Under the pieces are notes generated by a model. The model ran no database searches. It saw only the letters and a list, made by a program, of their open reading frames with translations, and was not told the origin of the DNA. Position numbers and translations under genes: made by a program. DNA of 64,000 nucleotides from Diplonema japonicum. Its lineage: Eukaryota > Protista > Euglenozoa: Diplonemea. The DNA lies in assembly GCA_964019335.1 (NCBI GenBank), contig OZ025712.1, forward strand, positions 124,001 through 188,000. The letters are read 5' to 3'. Below are positions 21,901-31,406 of this stretch, one piece after another; the first letter of the stretch is position 1; the number at the start of each line of letters is the position of its first letter.

Positions 21901-24360
21901 CTGCACGTCAGGGGCTTCTATATCTCCAGGCACCACGTCGTCATAAGGGTGCCGCATTGCTGCTTCATACAGGACAAGCCTTCGCTGGTCCTGTCGAAGC
22001 ACACGCTCTGTTAGGCTAGCGCAGGGCTCAGCTCCTGTCGCACCCGATGCATTCCCACTAAGGCAGAAAAGAGACAGTTGTGAGTCTCCTGTAGCCGGGT
22101 CCCAGTTCGCTGCGATGTCACATTCCTGCTCGCGTGGCACTATTCTGAATACATCGCTCCCTGCATAGAGACGCGACTCAAGCGCGTCGGTGATGAGCAC
22201 CATGGTGTCCATGCCAGAGCGTGTCTCGCGTAGCTCGACGGTCACGTTGCTGGGGGGGGTCACGACAAGTCCGGGTGACGCAGCAACCTTCCAGTTCTCC
22301 TTCCCATACTGCACGCACAACTTGAACGGGTTCAGCGCCTCGTAGGGCACTGTGATGAAGTACGCATGCGACGTGTGCTCCGATGTGTCTGCGGAGCCCA
22401 GGCACCCTGCATCGGGTGTGCACTCTGGCTGTCCTCCGCGGCTGCTCTCAGCTGCAAAGCTTGCACTGTGGTATTTCCCAAACTCATCCCAGCTGCATGG
22501 CATGCCAGCAGGCACCACGCGAACTCTCATCCCCAAAGCTGCATGCCAACTCCACTCCCCACCTGCTATGGGCCCTGTCTCGTTCCAGTGGTACACCACA
22601 ATTTGTCCCCATGTGCCTTCTCTCGTATCATTCATAGACCATGCTGGTGGCCGTGTCTCGTTGACGGTATCGTACGTGCCTGAGGCCAGGAGGTACGTCT
22701 GAGGGTAGTCGGCTATCGGACTGTAGTCAGTGTGCTGTTGGGTGTCCCATTCCAAAATGTTCCACCCCCCCAGCATGCTCCCTCTCCTATAGCACACGTA
22801 GTACGTGTCGTTGGGCGCTGTGAAATAGATCGACGTCGCGAACCCATACAAGAGGGAGCTTCCGTCGCTGTTTGCGTCGTAGTAGTGTCCTGTGAGGTCT
22901 TTGGAACCTGTAGTGTGGCTGTGGGGCGACGGGTCGGAGCTCCAAGACCCTGAAGCGTGCCAGCAGCCAGGCTCGGTGTATGTGTTTGGCACCGTTGCGA
23001 AGTACTCAGAACTGACTATTTTGAGGGCATCACCTCCTTGAGGCAGCCAGTTGTGTTCGACATGTCTCTTCCTATTCACGCCTACACCAGACACCCTGAG
23101 GTCCCCCCAAGTGTAGGGGGTAAGCCTTGTCGCGGACCACTTGTATGCAACAGGGGTGGTGGTGAAGTGGAGTGATGATGAAGAGGGTGCCGCACATGAG
23201 GGAGAACTGCAGGGCCACAATTTCCTCCACACGGGGATGGAGGCGATGGAGTTGTTTTGGGTGACAAGCAGAGCGCGCTGCCGCCGGGAGGAGAAGCAAA
23301 CATCAAAATTTTCAACGCTCCTAGGCAGCTGCACGTACGCGTACCCTGTCTTCACCACGCCACCGTTGTGCTCCGTGTCCGTGTCGTTCACCCCAGCCAG
23401 CCCTTCGCCGATGAAAGGGTTCAGTTCTATAGTGCCGAACACCGCTGCACCCCCTTCGGTTGCACCGACAATATTTCTCCCTTCAGCCCACAGTCCATCG
23501 GCTTCGACATGTCTCGACCCTCGGTAGACACCGTTGTACGTCCTGCTCTCTGCTGTACAGGGCGTACCCTTTTTGACAATCTTCAAGCTGTCTCCCTTGT
23601 AGGTGAAGTTCCATTCCGGCTCCATAGAGTTCACCTGCACGATGGTATATTGCATCACGGCGGCGGGCTGAGGGATGTAGTACCAAGCAAGGCTTCGCTC
23701 GGGTGTAAAGATATAGGACCCGTTCCCTTCCCGAGCGGTGTCGATAAAAGCTGTCCACCCGATGGGCCCCGTGACGTGTTGGTACTCCGGGGAAAAGTCG
23801 TGGCTGTAGCAGATAACGAACGGAACCTGGGGTGCTTCAAATGTGACAAACAAAGTATCTGTGAAGGGCGAAGCGATAGGGTACCCGAACCCATTGATAA
23901 GCGAGAGAGGCTCTTGCATCGCATGGTAAGCAGTACAATTGGCAGAGAGAGTAGGGGAGTAGGCGAAAAGCTCTGTTTGGAAAGCTGCGTCGTCCGACGT
24001 ATTGACGATGAAGGCGGGCCGGCTGTCGTACCAGTAATGCAGCTGGAGGCGAAGCTCCTGCCCTTCCTTGAACCTTTCGGGGTCTAGGCGCATTGTCACA
24101 TTGTCGTATACTTCTATGCTTCGCGTATAACTTTCCGTCAGCGTCTCGGACTTCGTCACAGAGTAACTCTCAGTCTCTGTCAATGAAGGTGTGTGTGTGA
24201 CGCTTGCAGTCTCGCTCCTACTGTAGCTCGCAGTCCTTGTCGGCTCCGTCAAGCTCGCCGAGGAGGTCCCAGTTCCCAGTGTAGCTGTAAACGTCTCGGT
24301 CCTTGTCCCCACACTGTAGCTCACAACCCACGCCAGCGCGAAGAGAAGCCGTCTGTCCAT
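12910..24360 (-). CDS. Giant secreted/GPI-anchored surface protein (3816 aa, single exon)
   Basis: N-terminal signal MDRRLLFALAWVVSYS, Thr/Ser-rich linker, recurrent (Y/F)xxC(Y/F/V) and CxxC modules, Pro-rich stalk, hydrophobic C-terminus PFLVLLLCCFLILM. Confidence 0.85.
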   Translation of the reverse strand: MDRRLLFALAWVVSYSVGTRTETFTATLGTGTSSASLTEPTRTASYSRSETASVTHTPSLTETESYSVTKSETLTESYTRSIEVYDNVTMRLDPERFKEGQELRLQLHYWYDSRPAFIVNTSDDAAFQTELFAYSPTLSANCTAYHAMQEPLSLINGFGYPIASPFTDTLFVTFEAPQVPFVICYSHDFSPEYQHVTGPIGWTAFIDTAREGNGSYIFTPERSLAWYYIPQPAAVMQYTIVQVNSMEPEWNFTYKGDSLKIVKKGTPCTAESRTYNGVYRGSRHVEADGLWAEGRNIVGATEGGAAVFGTIELNPFIGEGLAGVNDTDTEHNGGVVKTGYAYVQLPRSVENFDVCFSSRRQRALLVTQNNSIASIPVWRKLWPCSSPSCAAPSSSSLHFTTTPVAYKWSATRLTPYTWGDLRVSGVGVNRKRHVEHNWLPQGGDALKIVSSEYFATVPNTYTEPGCWHASGSWSSDPSPHSHTTGSKDLTGHYYDANSDGSSLLYGFATSIYFTAPNDTYYVCYRRGSMLGGWNILEWDTQQHTDYSPIADYPQTYLLASGTYDTVNETRPPAWSMNDTREGTWGQIVVYHWNETGPIAGGEWSWHAALGMRVRVVPAGMPCSWDEFGKYHSASFAAESSRGGQPECTPDAGCLGSADTSEHTSHAYFITVPYEALNPFKLCVQYGKENWKVAASPGLVVTPPSNVTVELRETRSGMDTMVLITDALESRLYAGSDVFRIVPREQECDIAANWDPATGDSQLSLFCLSGNASGATGAEPCASLTERVLRQDQRRLVLYEAAMRHPYDDVVPGDIEAPDVQQVVADLVLPSPGLYKMCYKQAVYSNWATFNDTWIAPPSDVTVSPVGDKVLIGGTLMRFEVRSDARMSRYTNQPWYPGSSPFLAIGTRVKTDAGFGGVTGFLPTGDVIVELEAGGTWTGAQGQLSNQAQMVTERDITDSSTRSFFPTFQAKFVPSDTACHSPPADTPSVPFGAYTTDSRAGTTINHLSFYLEVPAASGEFFLCFQLDEVHSWHRFGPYTSEKNGVWWDVGDVLLSQAVVTVGMTKDTDLEVFSVGVGEDAAKVVVDEDSCHGGRDTVGMRAHGESSGVGGLKSDLGPSDGKVSEATMTFRIPQGYLDARRRFKICVWTVTHADGNVQRHWLEASPRRVDFLSIPSGVKSWSIDADFQSPQNTTLPGPPQVFSGLSTSTPLSLNTGFFISLFQPPHGIERHRAKLVLAARPCTDDTHGHTAALVHDNSTSDGLLVYLRTQFPNDVNMYKLCYKQDTGLPWLEVEGGVDRSFKVVKTSLAYIGGLNSLVTYDSSPQGASWCGVIDCGLGVDLVHIANSTSDCPVPANSTGNSPGWYALAASSATARPIQPSFILPPTYPSPVDLYKICLYKAGDKRASAPSALPGNKVYVLENNGDTATGKGTIFYRATGVIDGLDVQVQLDYNESVQFSVFSDTTEGTYGKVTDIASSTPVVTSGGVVSFVVKPTSGGRVVPYGEFPVWVVQCPAGLSWAEMNCHKPTPRDLFVIEGVDGGCKNTEGGLYDWGSDGLQQFLVSGVAEFRIQFKSGCPVNQRLPNPGCGFLFVGLPPGHQPGNLRGSLSEVASSPVWLNVASNAPDAVFVNDVTAVPSQVGAACSVGNPSCPLFECWDAKPCLTRLFARYQGPREFAPIGNLSITAASPVSLHASFGIVSNATWLPGGYYNHTFVPAFNDFFTDEATVYFNVSFGESQSVFTTYAVLVTRNLPKKVRILEMQKMDLGLSEGIQPPQWLPTTQFAGRSSETLTAAQGSYLQALYPYAISYEVVDSAGSVMVGSNLVGYEVVLTGAAFVEVQKGQDGKLLEENLMTFVRYAQSLRVGTATAKDGSTPAVFSVEFRVLNNVGCTRFQPQQGCDIALVLHRKGTPQASYARVRTPVRVVATTLQVLPVRGVTEWSATLRSGAVVRVLPGAFHDSNFYADEFHYGRVVVGTNGENITLAQPEWELQPLGTGLYGADVIIRPTTPCVLCSFSFHTSWGATSNELLTYNFTDDTSKVTCAAPSPVMWFTGNSQSEPFSITIVRLSRLDLINTYPAHVVAVRNTTTSGGYGIVAQDGLYVLNGTVDKLSDEVLLDVNGMPCTTAINIEMAAHTTKNKTTGWGVTLPECTPLCNDTTGGCLMWMTHTSVTEVRIVGSQPISVQDIGTTVYVASTYETVVSSNGSEAGYGNNSVTYEQVNTTMVTMKFETVQRGRGYPSINPMRDAEVEVCLHNGAQLSTTCIMLRLWVVVDTTYDPHPDVLVGFVNEKNLSEAALRPGSAVGSPCGTATVISLHAAMYFYWFGTKQIVYDKPATYYLRHGSSARVPLVDVDTSADNAINITSMLTRSTQLPTAYHDRLLSPGSGVVVFTFTGAWTASSAAPFLVWRPDVQGVGRTASTHSWGYPSDTPYNEWVVQHTVDDEEECPRVRLMARDTGHYANFEAVPGNGWSYGHGVAGVPFPVQTTLIGHHGGRAWSSSGMLITVKKHSWSGCNDGGVLQLYTLRPGGETSTPFLGTMSDSFTRITTGRVTNGVAVLWPLFTSPCQHCTLEFTLCYSAATSAKQCLEGTPDASGPDYHHRVHVTKSITIGKPEPNSFLVTHQELSSSGNVIHVGEPITLRWQLAEDFNTWPLPINVASNVTIRVLSIWQHPDKGFEWETVQHGHGGAMGEGLTEKCQPQSASETLAVTSTAGDGSLVFHFTQQCSGCAVILQVDINSRHSLTVPLRSFSNGIPGHVLVFNVRSCAFDWAVLGHPPATVQRRRPFSISVVPTDRNGNPVWNDASNATITLNLYKGSNGGGGHVMAQLQRSSDGASTAVLTYDKACQKCRATVMGKQQQVSVYSEPVVYVVQHVQLSGDTFTCEVYAADSDGNRAYGMGGPTGLLEQRVYEQKVMPGVSLTVLPFNTNTTLGTVKGENVIITRGNPTVTIKEKMYNGVAVGKGTGPWRVGVIEGVMSGTPSLGYELMLHGEGWGRLPTVDTEGKPVLLKHPKPATMLAVAPAGDISIRTNHAATIDVYTVLMNNESVVPKEVVVGEASGNITAEWDCSLCRDVSGVCQFQADTNVQINTGHTAFNILMPSGTGSCTVLFKHGNWTMKTNILIQPIGVTAWQYVGNVSAMLGYKTEFIVRAVNNDIFKSEMWTEVSFVDWNGTSLALLHAVSVPDGCFMQTSASILNKEATAVAFNGSFTTAGECSVTLTGFPSLTTPPSTLTLVVSEATTIALLPMPLLEAVVGVPFELPVAVFSPGGICKGDFSTRIVTSTDAVVVNATVAAGVASVWLVLTEEHLPSAMIRITGTDPSGRIIGVPLKLSVDVIRVPVRLEIESPQGWWVVGNSMEVKVGAVDPFGAVVEAWDGMLQVRPTLIPCITVDRAGQPPYVAETCVTNGACLPLEEPVCRMHDTLWSGDEWIPITNGTTTVQTLTYTGTREGLHGLFFHADGLPPATVHWGFQSYTQVLLQSATCTDKETCVLVEEGVFRNVTAERQHADPGSGILTSLRVLPRTVFSLPVAAADSRGKALLGESGGHAVLSTHCLDSNKTGNFYIGKYVNGLVDGTGGWDMTALVEGSGVWSGLAFDGLCERAYLTVAAVVSSGASITVNSSVFEVGNTILPQTPSPLATVPSVFDDPGCMLDVGDTPLLAVNFTGMEADLQALLGSSVEGVDVRWACRVSVSKVAYGITPLHKKTQGACVERRNGVVVDVSCRDGCTTLLEVYFVFPRNATSGAVSTLLSSLPAVLSNSSFPGALVSTFSPPNPATPSPRTPPPTPLPFAATPRPGPPPLPIESVSRSSPFLVLLLCCFLILM

Positions 24361-24808
24361 TGCCCCAGAGCATTGTACCCAGCCTTTGTTTTAATAGGTG
24401 TTTCCCCCTCTTTTTTTTTCCCCGCTTTTTTTTTTAAAAAAAAAAGGGAATCTTGACCAGGGTGTTGCTTTGTTCAAGAATTGTGGGGGACTATCGCAAG
24501 ACATATATCGAGCGTTCGAGACGAAAAAGAGGTTTCCCTCCCTCCCTTTTTTTTTTATCCAGAAGGTCTAGTCTTCCCTTCTTGTTGTGATCGTCGAAAA
24601 GCGCCGGAAGAAAGAAAAAGAATACAAAAAAAAAAGATTCGGCTGATTGTTGTTTTGTGCAAGCCGGGAAAACAAAAAAAAGAGCCAAACAATTTTTGCT
24701 TGCTTTTACAGGGGGGGGGGGAATAAAAGAATAAAATAGGTACAAGACAATTTAAAAAAAAAAAAAAAGGGGTACGACCTTTTTTTTTTTTTTTTTTGAA
24801 AAATATTT

Positions 24809-25483
24809 TTACAGCGAGAAGTCCTCGCCATGTGTCTCCATTAAGGGTGCTGCATCTGCTCCCTCAACTACCCGTCCGGAGGAAGGCGGTGGGGGGCCTC
24901 CCTTTCGTTGCCACACGGACCCTGATTTCCATTTTATAATGTCACCATCGAAGGTGCCGACAGAGCCCATGGCGTGGATGGTGAGAAGGGGCCGGGCGGG
25001 CTTAGGGTTCCAAGGAAAACGGTGCTTGGGCCGCACGGGTGTGGGGAGAGTTGAGTGTGGTGGTGGGGGCTCATCGAGAACGCCAACCCACGGCGTGGGA
25101 TGGGTGGCCCTTCGGACCTTCATCTTGGGAATAGCTCGGAGTTTCTGCGTCTCTCTGGTAACCGTACCTTCATGCATTTCACCTGTAGAGACATCGATGA
25201 TGGCCAGCCTGTCTCCTTGGTGTTGAAAAACGTGTTTCGAGCCGTACCAACAGCTCCACATCCCCGACAAGTCGTGCATGGGTGCGACCTTAGCAGCTGC
25301 AAGGTGTTCAGGAGGAATAAGCCTGGTGTCCCCTGTTTCAAACCTCACCACCGCCAGCAATACGCCATCGGGCGCACGTTGATAACCCGTGACGAAACCG
25401 CGCAACCCATTCAGCTCCACCGTGTTCACCAACGAATGAGCCTCAACCTCGGCACCTTCCGGAAAGGGTGTGTCATGCGTCAT
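24809..25483 (-). CDS. Hypothetical protein (224 aa) with N-terminal SH3/KOW-like beta-barrel
   Basis: GAEVEAHSLVNTVELNGLRGFVTGY...VVRF pattern; coding-like composition. Confidence 0.55.
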   Translation of the reverse strand: MTHDTPFPEGAEVEAHSLVNTVELNGLRGFVTGYQRAPDGVLLAVVRFETGDTRLIPPEHLAAAKVAPMHDLSGMWSCWYGSKHVFQHQGDRLAIIDVSTGEMHEGTVTRETQKLRAIPKMKVRRATHPTPWVGVLDEPPPPHSTLPTPVRPKHRFPWNPKPARPLLTIHAMGSVGTFDGDIIKWKSGSVWQRKGGPPPPSSGRVVEGADAAPLMETHGEDFSL

Positions 25484-25636
25484 TGAATGTTTTATTCTAT
25501 TGTCCCCCCTCCCCCCCCCCTCTCTTCCTTTTTTTTTTTTTTTTCCCTAAGAAAAATCTGTTTTTGCGGGAAAGTTTGGGTCGGGAGAGATCCAACAAAA
25601 CTGTGTATTTTTTTTCCCCCCCTTTTTTTTTTTTTT

Positions 25637-26167
25637 TTAATGCCGGCGGGAAAGGTAAGAGTTCAACGATGTCGCCTCTGCGGCTGCACGTTGTGAAGGG
25701 GGCAGTCTTCCGCCAGACCCGACTAGGTTTTTGTTGTATTGCATTGCCAGTTTGATCGCAAGAGAAGACTCTAAATTTGCACGCGCCTTCTTCAGGGAAG
25801 TGGAGTACACCACGGCAGAGAGGGCAAGAAGGTTAGAAACTGTGAAAGATGGGGGCTGGATGGGGACCGAGACACAGGACGGTGCAAAGAAGCTGAGCAA
25901 CGACATGAACGGGCTTTTCGTCGCCTTTTGAACAGCACGGTCGCCCACTCCCATCCTCACATCTACACTGCAGCCATGGCAGAGCCCGGCCTCGGTTATG
26001 GCAACGCCGTCGTTCACCGCCTCCCCACCAACGAATAATTTTATCCCCGTCACATCGCCTCCCCAGAATTCCGCGGATTTCTTTTTCAAGACGTCAGTAG
26101 TGTCGATCCCGTTCACCTCCACTGTGATAACCTCCCCGCTGCTCAGGTTGTAAATGTAAATTTCCAT
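25637..26167 (-). CDS. Ubiquitin-like domain protein (176 aa)
   Basis: MEIYIYNLSSGEVITVEVNGIDTTDVLKKK...KLFVGGEAVNDGVAITEAGL fits the Ubl beta-grasp pattern; the upstream part of the track ORF is spacer. Confidence 0.65.
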   Translation of the reverse strand: MEIYIYNLSSGEVITVEVNGIDTTDVLKKKSAEFWGGDVTGIKLFVGGEAVNDGVAITEAGLCHGCSVDVRMGVGDRAVQKATKSPFMSLLSFFAPSCVSVPIQPPSFTVSNLLALSAVVYSTSLKKARANLESSLAIKLAMQYNKNLVGSGGRLPPSQRAAAEATSLNSYLSRRH

Positions 26168-26423
26168 CGAATCGGATGGTTTTAGTGTTGTAGTGTACAG
26201 ATAATAAGCCCCCTCCCTCCCTTCCCAAAGAATGGATGCCGGCGGGTAGATATGAAGAAAACAAGGGGTGGTGGTGGGATGCGGGGAAAATATTGATTCA
26301 AAAAAACAAAATAAATACTTAACTATTTTTTTTCTTTCTTTCTTTTTTTTTTTCTTCCGTGCCCTGCGTTGATCCGTTTCCTCGTGCGGGACAAGGTTAC
26401 AACGTCTTCTGCAACACACGCAA

Positions 26424-26461
<38 letters not shown>

Positions 26462-26823
26462 GAAGAAAGTTGGGAAAAAGGCTGAAGGGAAGTAGTGCCA
26501 AGAGCTGCAACAACAAGCTTTGGTACAAAATCAAACGGGGGGAAACTACAAAAAAAAAGAGAAAAAAAACTTGATCAGGGGAAGGATGAGGTGCTATATG
26601 AACTGGCGAGGTTCCTCTTATTTGATTAATACTTCCACTCCGTGATCAACTCGAGAGGGGGTTTAAAAAAAAAAAAAAACTGTGCCATTAAACACAAGTA
26701 TAGGGAGAGGGCGGACATGTAGTACACATATCGGTGTCACGTCTCAGTGGGCGAAGTGGTGCACTTCATAACAAAAAAAGCGGGAGATGGGAAACACTAG
26801 GCAGGGAAGAGTGGCCTACAAAC

Positions 26824-27516
26824 TTATTCCTTCTTGTCCTCCTTCTTCTCCTCTTCCTTCTTCTCCTCCTTGGGCTCCTCAGTGGTGTTCTCCTGTTTTT
26901 GTTGAGAATGAGTTTTTCTTGCCACTGGCATACCGTGGATGAAGAGCCAGCGTTGGCAGCTGCGGCGGCCTCGTAGTCCTTCTTCCCGCACTCCATCACG
27001 AGCTTCTGCACCTTGTCGGTGGCCTCCTGGAGCTGCTCCGCGGAGGAGGACTCGTTGTTCAAGAGGTCCCTCGCCTCCTGAACTGCCTCCTTCACCTCCT
27101 GCTTCTCCGCCTCCGACACGTGCTTCCAGTCCTCGAGAGCCTTCTCCGCCTGAACCACCTGTGTCTCCACTGTGTTCTTCGCCTCAACAGCCTCCCTCTT
27201 CTTCGTGTCCTGCTCCTTCATGTCCTCCGCGTCCCTGATCATCCTCTCGATCTCTTCCTTGTTCAGGCCACCGCTCGACTGGATGCGCACGTTCTGCTCC
27301 TTCCCGGTCGCCTTGTCCTTCCCGGACACGGTGCAGATCCCGTTCGCGTCGATGTCGAACGTCACCTCGATCTGAGGAACACCACGCGGTGCGGGGGGAA
27401 CGCCAGTCAGGTCGAACTGACCGAGGACCTGGTTGTCCGCAGCCATCTCCCTCTCTCCCTGAAGCACCTTGATCCCGACCTGGCTCTGGTTGTCAGCGGC
27501 GGTCGAGAACACCTGT

Positions 27517-27578
<62 letters not shown>

Positions 27579-30500
27579 ATGTTATCCCCTAAACGCCCGC
27601 GCGGACGTTTTTGTCCTTATTTCAAAATTTGCTTTTTCGCTAAGTACTTTTTTTTAGAACACGGCCCCTGGACTTCAAAATATGGCATTGTTGCGCGGTT
27701 TATTTTGTCTTGGAACTACATTTTGCGTTAAAAGTTTTGTTTTAATTGAAACCGGCAGGGTTGGCTTAAAATGAAATCAGATGGTCAAAATAGCAGCGAA
27801 AACGTGAGTCTCCCCCGACTGGTCAGATAAAGAAGAAAAAGACGATGAGGCGGTCAAAGAGGGGCCGGAAACGATGCTTGGGTGGGAGAAATACTCCCAA
27901 AGGCCCGAAACATATCATTTCCGTGAAAAGGTGGGCTCAGGACACCTCTAGGTGGAGGGGCCTATGTGGAGGGTGTTTTTAGTCTTTTTTTTACACACGC
28001 GGTACTTGAGCTCATAGTTTCTTCCACGAACGGTCGTTTCGATTCAAAAAAACAGCGGAATCTGAATCTTTCCATCCCAGAGTACAAAATTTGGCTTGGG
28101 TTGGTCCTGTTAATGGGTTTACGCTCGGCACCGAACATGAAGAGCTACTGGACAACAGATTCTATTTTAACCATCCCGGCTTTTAAGAAAATGAGGAAAC
28201 CGATTCGTTGACATACAGCGCTACCTCACCTTTGACAACCTGGAAACATCAATAAGGCCCGAAACTGCACCTCATGCGTAGGCTTCTTGACATCAATGTC
28301 AACCGATGTAGGACTGTGCGGACCCCTGGCAAGTGGTTGTCTGTTGACGACAGTGTTATCCCGACAACAATAAAAGTCATGGCACCACGAAAAAACAACT
28401 CGGTGGGCATCAAGGTAGTCGCTACATGCGACTCATAAAACTGTTACCTTGCGAATTTCAACATTTTCAGCAAGAAGTCCACAACACAGGACCTAGTCAT
28501 GCGTGCTGTCGACTCCTAAGGGTTTGCTGTCGACCCCTGACCGGCAAGACCAGCTCCAGGGGACTGGAGTTCGGCATATGAAAACCCGGAAGTGGACCAT
28601 GGTCGTTTTTTATTGGGTCCTGGAAAGCTGTGTTGCCAACTCCTCCATAATCTGGAAGAAGAGCAAGGAATGTGGCAAAAGTTATGGCTTCCCGAGCTTC
28701 AAAGAAGAACTTGTTGGCAAGCTTCTCACCCATGCCCCAAAAACCGATAGCACACACACCCCGACAACACCGTCACCGACCCCCAAGCGCAAACACGCTA
28801 GCAATGAGGATTCCCTCACTCAGAAATACCCAAAACGTCTCTATTTAACCCTAAATCACACCTCCGAGACCATGATGAACGGAACGAAGGTGAGGAGGGT
28901 GCTCTGTGCTGTTCCTGGGTGCGGGAAGAAGGTGCAAACGTGATTCCCCTGTTGCAAAACCCCCTTATGCAAAACGTGTTTTTTACCCTTGCATGCTACC
29001 CCAGCTGGAAAAAAAACTCACAAGTTGCTTTTTTCATCCCACAGCCCCAAAAAGTCTCCAGACTGACCTCAATCCTAGAATTCAGGGCACCAAATAGGGC
29101 TGAATGCTGCCCTTTTTAGCCCAGCCATAACTCCACGGACCCCCCACGACAAGACCCCCCAAAATCGGACATAAAAAGTACACCCTCAACCCCCCTCTTA
29201 CACATATAGTTAAGTGTTCTCATCTGAATCTGGCACCTGGAATTGAAAATTTTAGTACCGTTTACCCTTTCCTTGCACCTTCCTATGGTTGCATGCTGCC
29301 CTTTTTTTGAGTATTCAAAGCAACAACGAAAATGGGGGGGTACCGTAGATAGGCTCCGGGCGTTTAGGGGTTATTAGTATTGGTTGGCTTACCTGGCTCT
29401 TCTTCGTGGGGATGGTGGTGTTCTTGGGGATGAGACGGGTGAACACACCACCGAGGGTCTCGATACCTGTTGTTGTTGTTGTTGTTGTTGTTGTGTTCCT
29501 TTTTTGCTGAACATACCAAGAGAAAGAGGAGTAACGTCAAGGAGGAGGAGACCACCAACGTCACCCTTGAGGACACCGCCCTGGATGGCTGCCCCCATGG
29601 CGACCACCTCGTCAGGGTTCACACCCTTGAAGGGCTCACGCTTGAAGATGTCCTTCACCAGCTCCTGGACCTTGGGCATACGGGACATCCCACCGACAAG
29701 GATCACCTCCTCGATCTCGTTCACGGAGAGACCAGAGTCCTTCAAGCACACCTCACACGGCTTCTTCGTGCGAGAGATGAGCCCATCAACGAGCCCCTCG
29801 AGCTTCGACCTCGTCATCGTCTCCTGCAAGTGCTGGGGACCAGACTCGTTCGCGGAGATGTAGGGAAGGTTCACCTCAGTCTGCATCGACGAGGACAGCT
29901 CCATCTTAGCCTTCTCCGCTGCCTCCCTCACCCTCTGCAGGGCCATCTTGTCCTTCGTGAGGTCGATCCCGACCTGCTTCTTGAAGCTGTCGGTGAGGTA
30001 GGTCGTGATCGCCATGTCGAAGTCCTCCCCGCCGAGGAAGGTGTCACCGTTGGTCGCCTTCACCTCGAACACCCCACCGCTCACCTCCAAGATCGACACG
30101 TCGAAGGTACCACCCCCAAGGTCGTACACAGCGACCACCTTGTCCTCCCCGCTCTTGTCCATCCCGTAGGCGAGGGCCGCCGCCGTAGGCTCGTTGATGA
30201 TACGGGTCACGTTCAGCTTCGCGATGCTCCCAGCGTCCTTCGTCGCCTGCCTCTGCGAGTCGTTGAAGTAGGCGGGAACCGTGATCACCGCGTTGGGGAC
30301 AGACGACCCCACGTGGCCCTCCGCCGTCTCCTTCATCTTCTCAAGCACGAACGAACCGATCTGGCTCGGGCTGTACTCCTTCCCGTTGCTGTCCTGAACC
30401 CACGCGTCTCCGTTTCCGGCCCTCGTGATCTTGAACGGGACCTGCTTCTGGTCCTCCTTCGTCTCCTTGTCGTCGTAGCCCCTTCCGATCAAACGCTTGA

Positions 30501-30759
30501 CAGCGTAGAAGGTGTTCGCTGGGTTCGTCACCGACTGCCTCTTCGCCGCCAGACCCACCAGCCTCTCAGACCCCTTGAACGCCACGACGGACGGCGTCGT
30601 CCTGAAACCCTCGCTGTTCTCGATCACACGCGGTGCAGACCCCTCCATGATCGCCACGCACGAGTTCGTTGTCCCAAGGTCGATCCCGATCACGTGCCCG
30701 GTCACCTTGCTGCAGTACCCCCTGCGGGCAGGGGCCATCGCGGTGCGCATACGCAACAT
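26824..30759 (-). CDS. mtHSP70: Mitochondrial Hsp70 copy A (654 aa); exons 30759-29517, 29466-29393, 27512-26934, 26892-26824; intron 2 carries a piggyBac element
   Basis: [67 protein letters not shown]; short Arg-rich presequence; no EEVD. Confidence 0.95.
27586..29370 (+). mobile_element. Decayed piggyBac-like DNA transposon (1785 bp)
   Basis: 14-bp TIR CCCCTAAACGCCCG at both ends; TTAT duplicated (27582-85, 29371-74); the empty site is visible in Hsp70 copy B. Broken transposase pieces: FSLFFT...[10 protein letters not shown]...[36 protein letters not shown], and a Cys-rich tail. Confidence 0.93.
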
Positions 30760-31406
30760 ATTTTTGATATATGGTTTTTTCCCCTTTGATAATACGTCAA
30801 TGAGAGGGGCTTGTTTCAGGAGCACAAACCTCCTTTGCACCCCGCAAAAAGGGTTAAAAAACCCTAGTGACAAAAAATTCCGGAACATCTTGGCTCTGCG
30901 TAAGAGCTAACAAGGAACACAAGGAATAAGGCCCCTCCGATACTAAGTTGGCGATCCGGACAAGGGACAAGGGTTGAACTACATCCCTTAGCCTTAATCA
31001 TCCCCGTGCTGAGAGAAGTGCTAAACGTGGAAATTAAAAATAAAAATAAAAATTCATACTTTTAAAGGTAAAAAATACACCATGATGGGGGGAGGGGGGA
31101 GGGAGTTGTTCGCAACACCCACCAAATAAAAAAAATGCAATTAGCATTAACCATATTGCAAAAGGGGGTTGGAGGAAGAAAAAAAACCAAGAGGTGATGC
31201 ATAGAAACCAAGTGGAAGAGAAAATAAAAAAGGAAACTAGATGAGAGGTAAGAAAAGGAAAGAAAAAGAGGGGTGAGGGGGATAATTGTCAAAAAGAAGC
31301 TAACTTAAAGTACCAAATGGCCTACGAGCCGAGCAGGAGATCAAGCTTTGGGCATGATACACTATGGGACGAATGGTGGATAGAGCAAAATGTGCAAGGC
31401 GTTGTT

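Noticed and set aside
30760-30888. N-terminal extension of Hsp70 copy A (similar extensions on the phosphatase, Ubl, PanK and TruD ORFs)
   Set aside because: Track ORFs start at upstream alternative codons in spacer DNA; the shared or signal-bearing ATG is downstream
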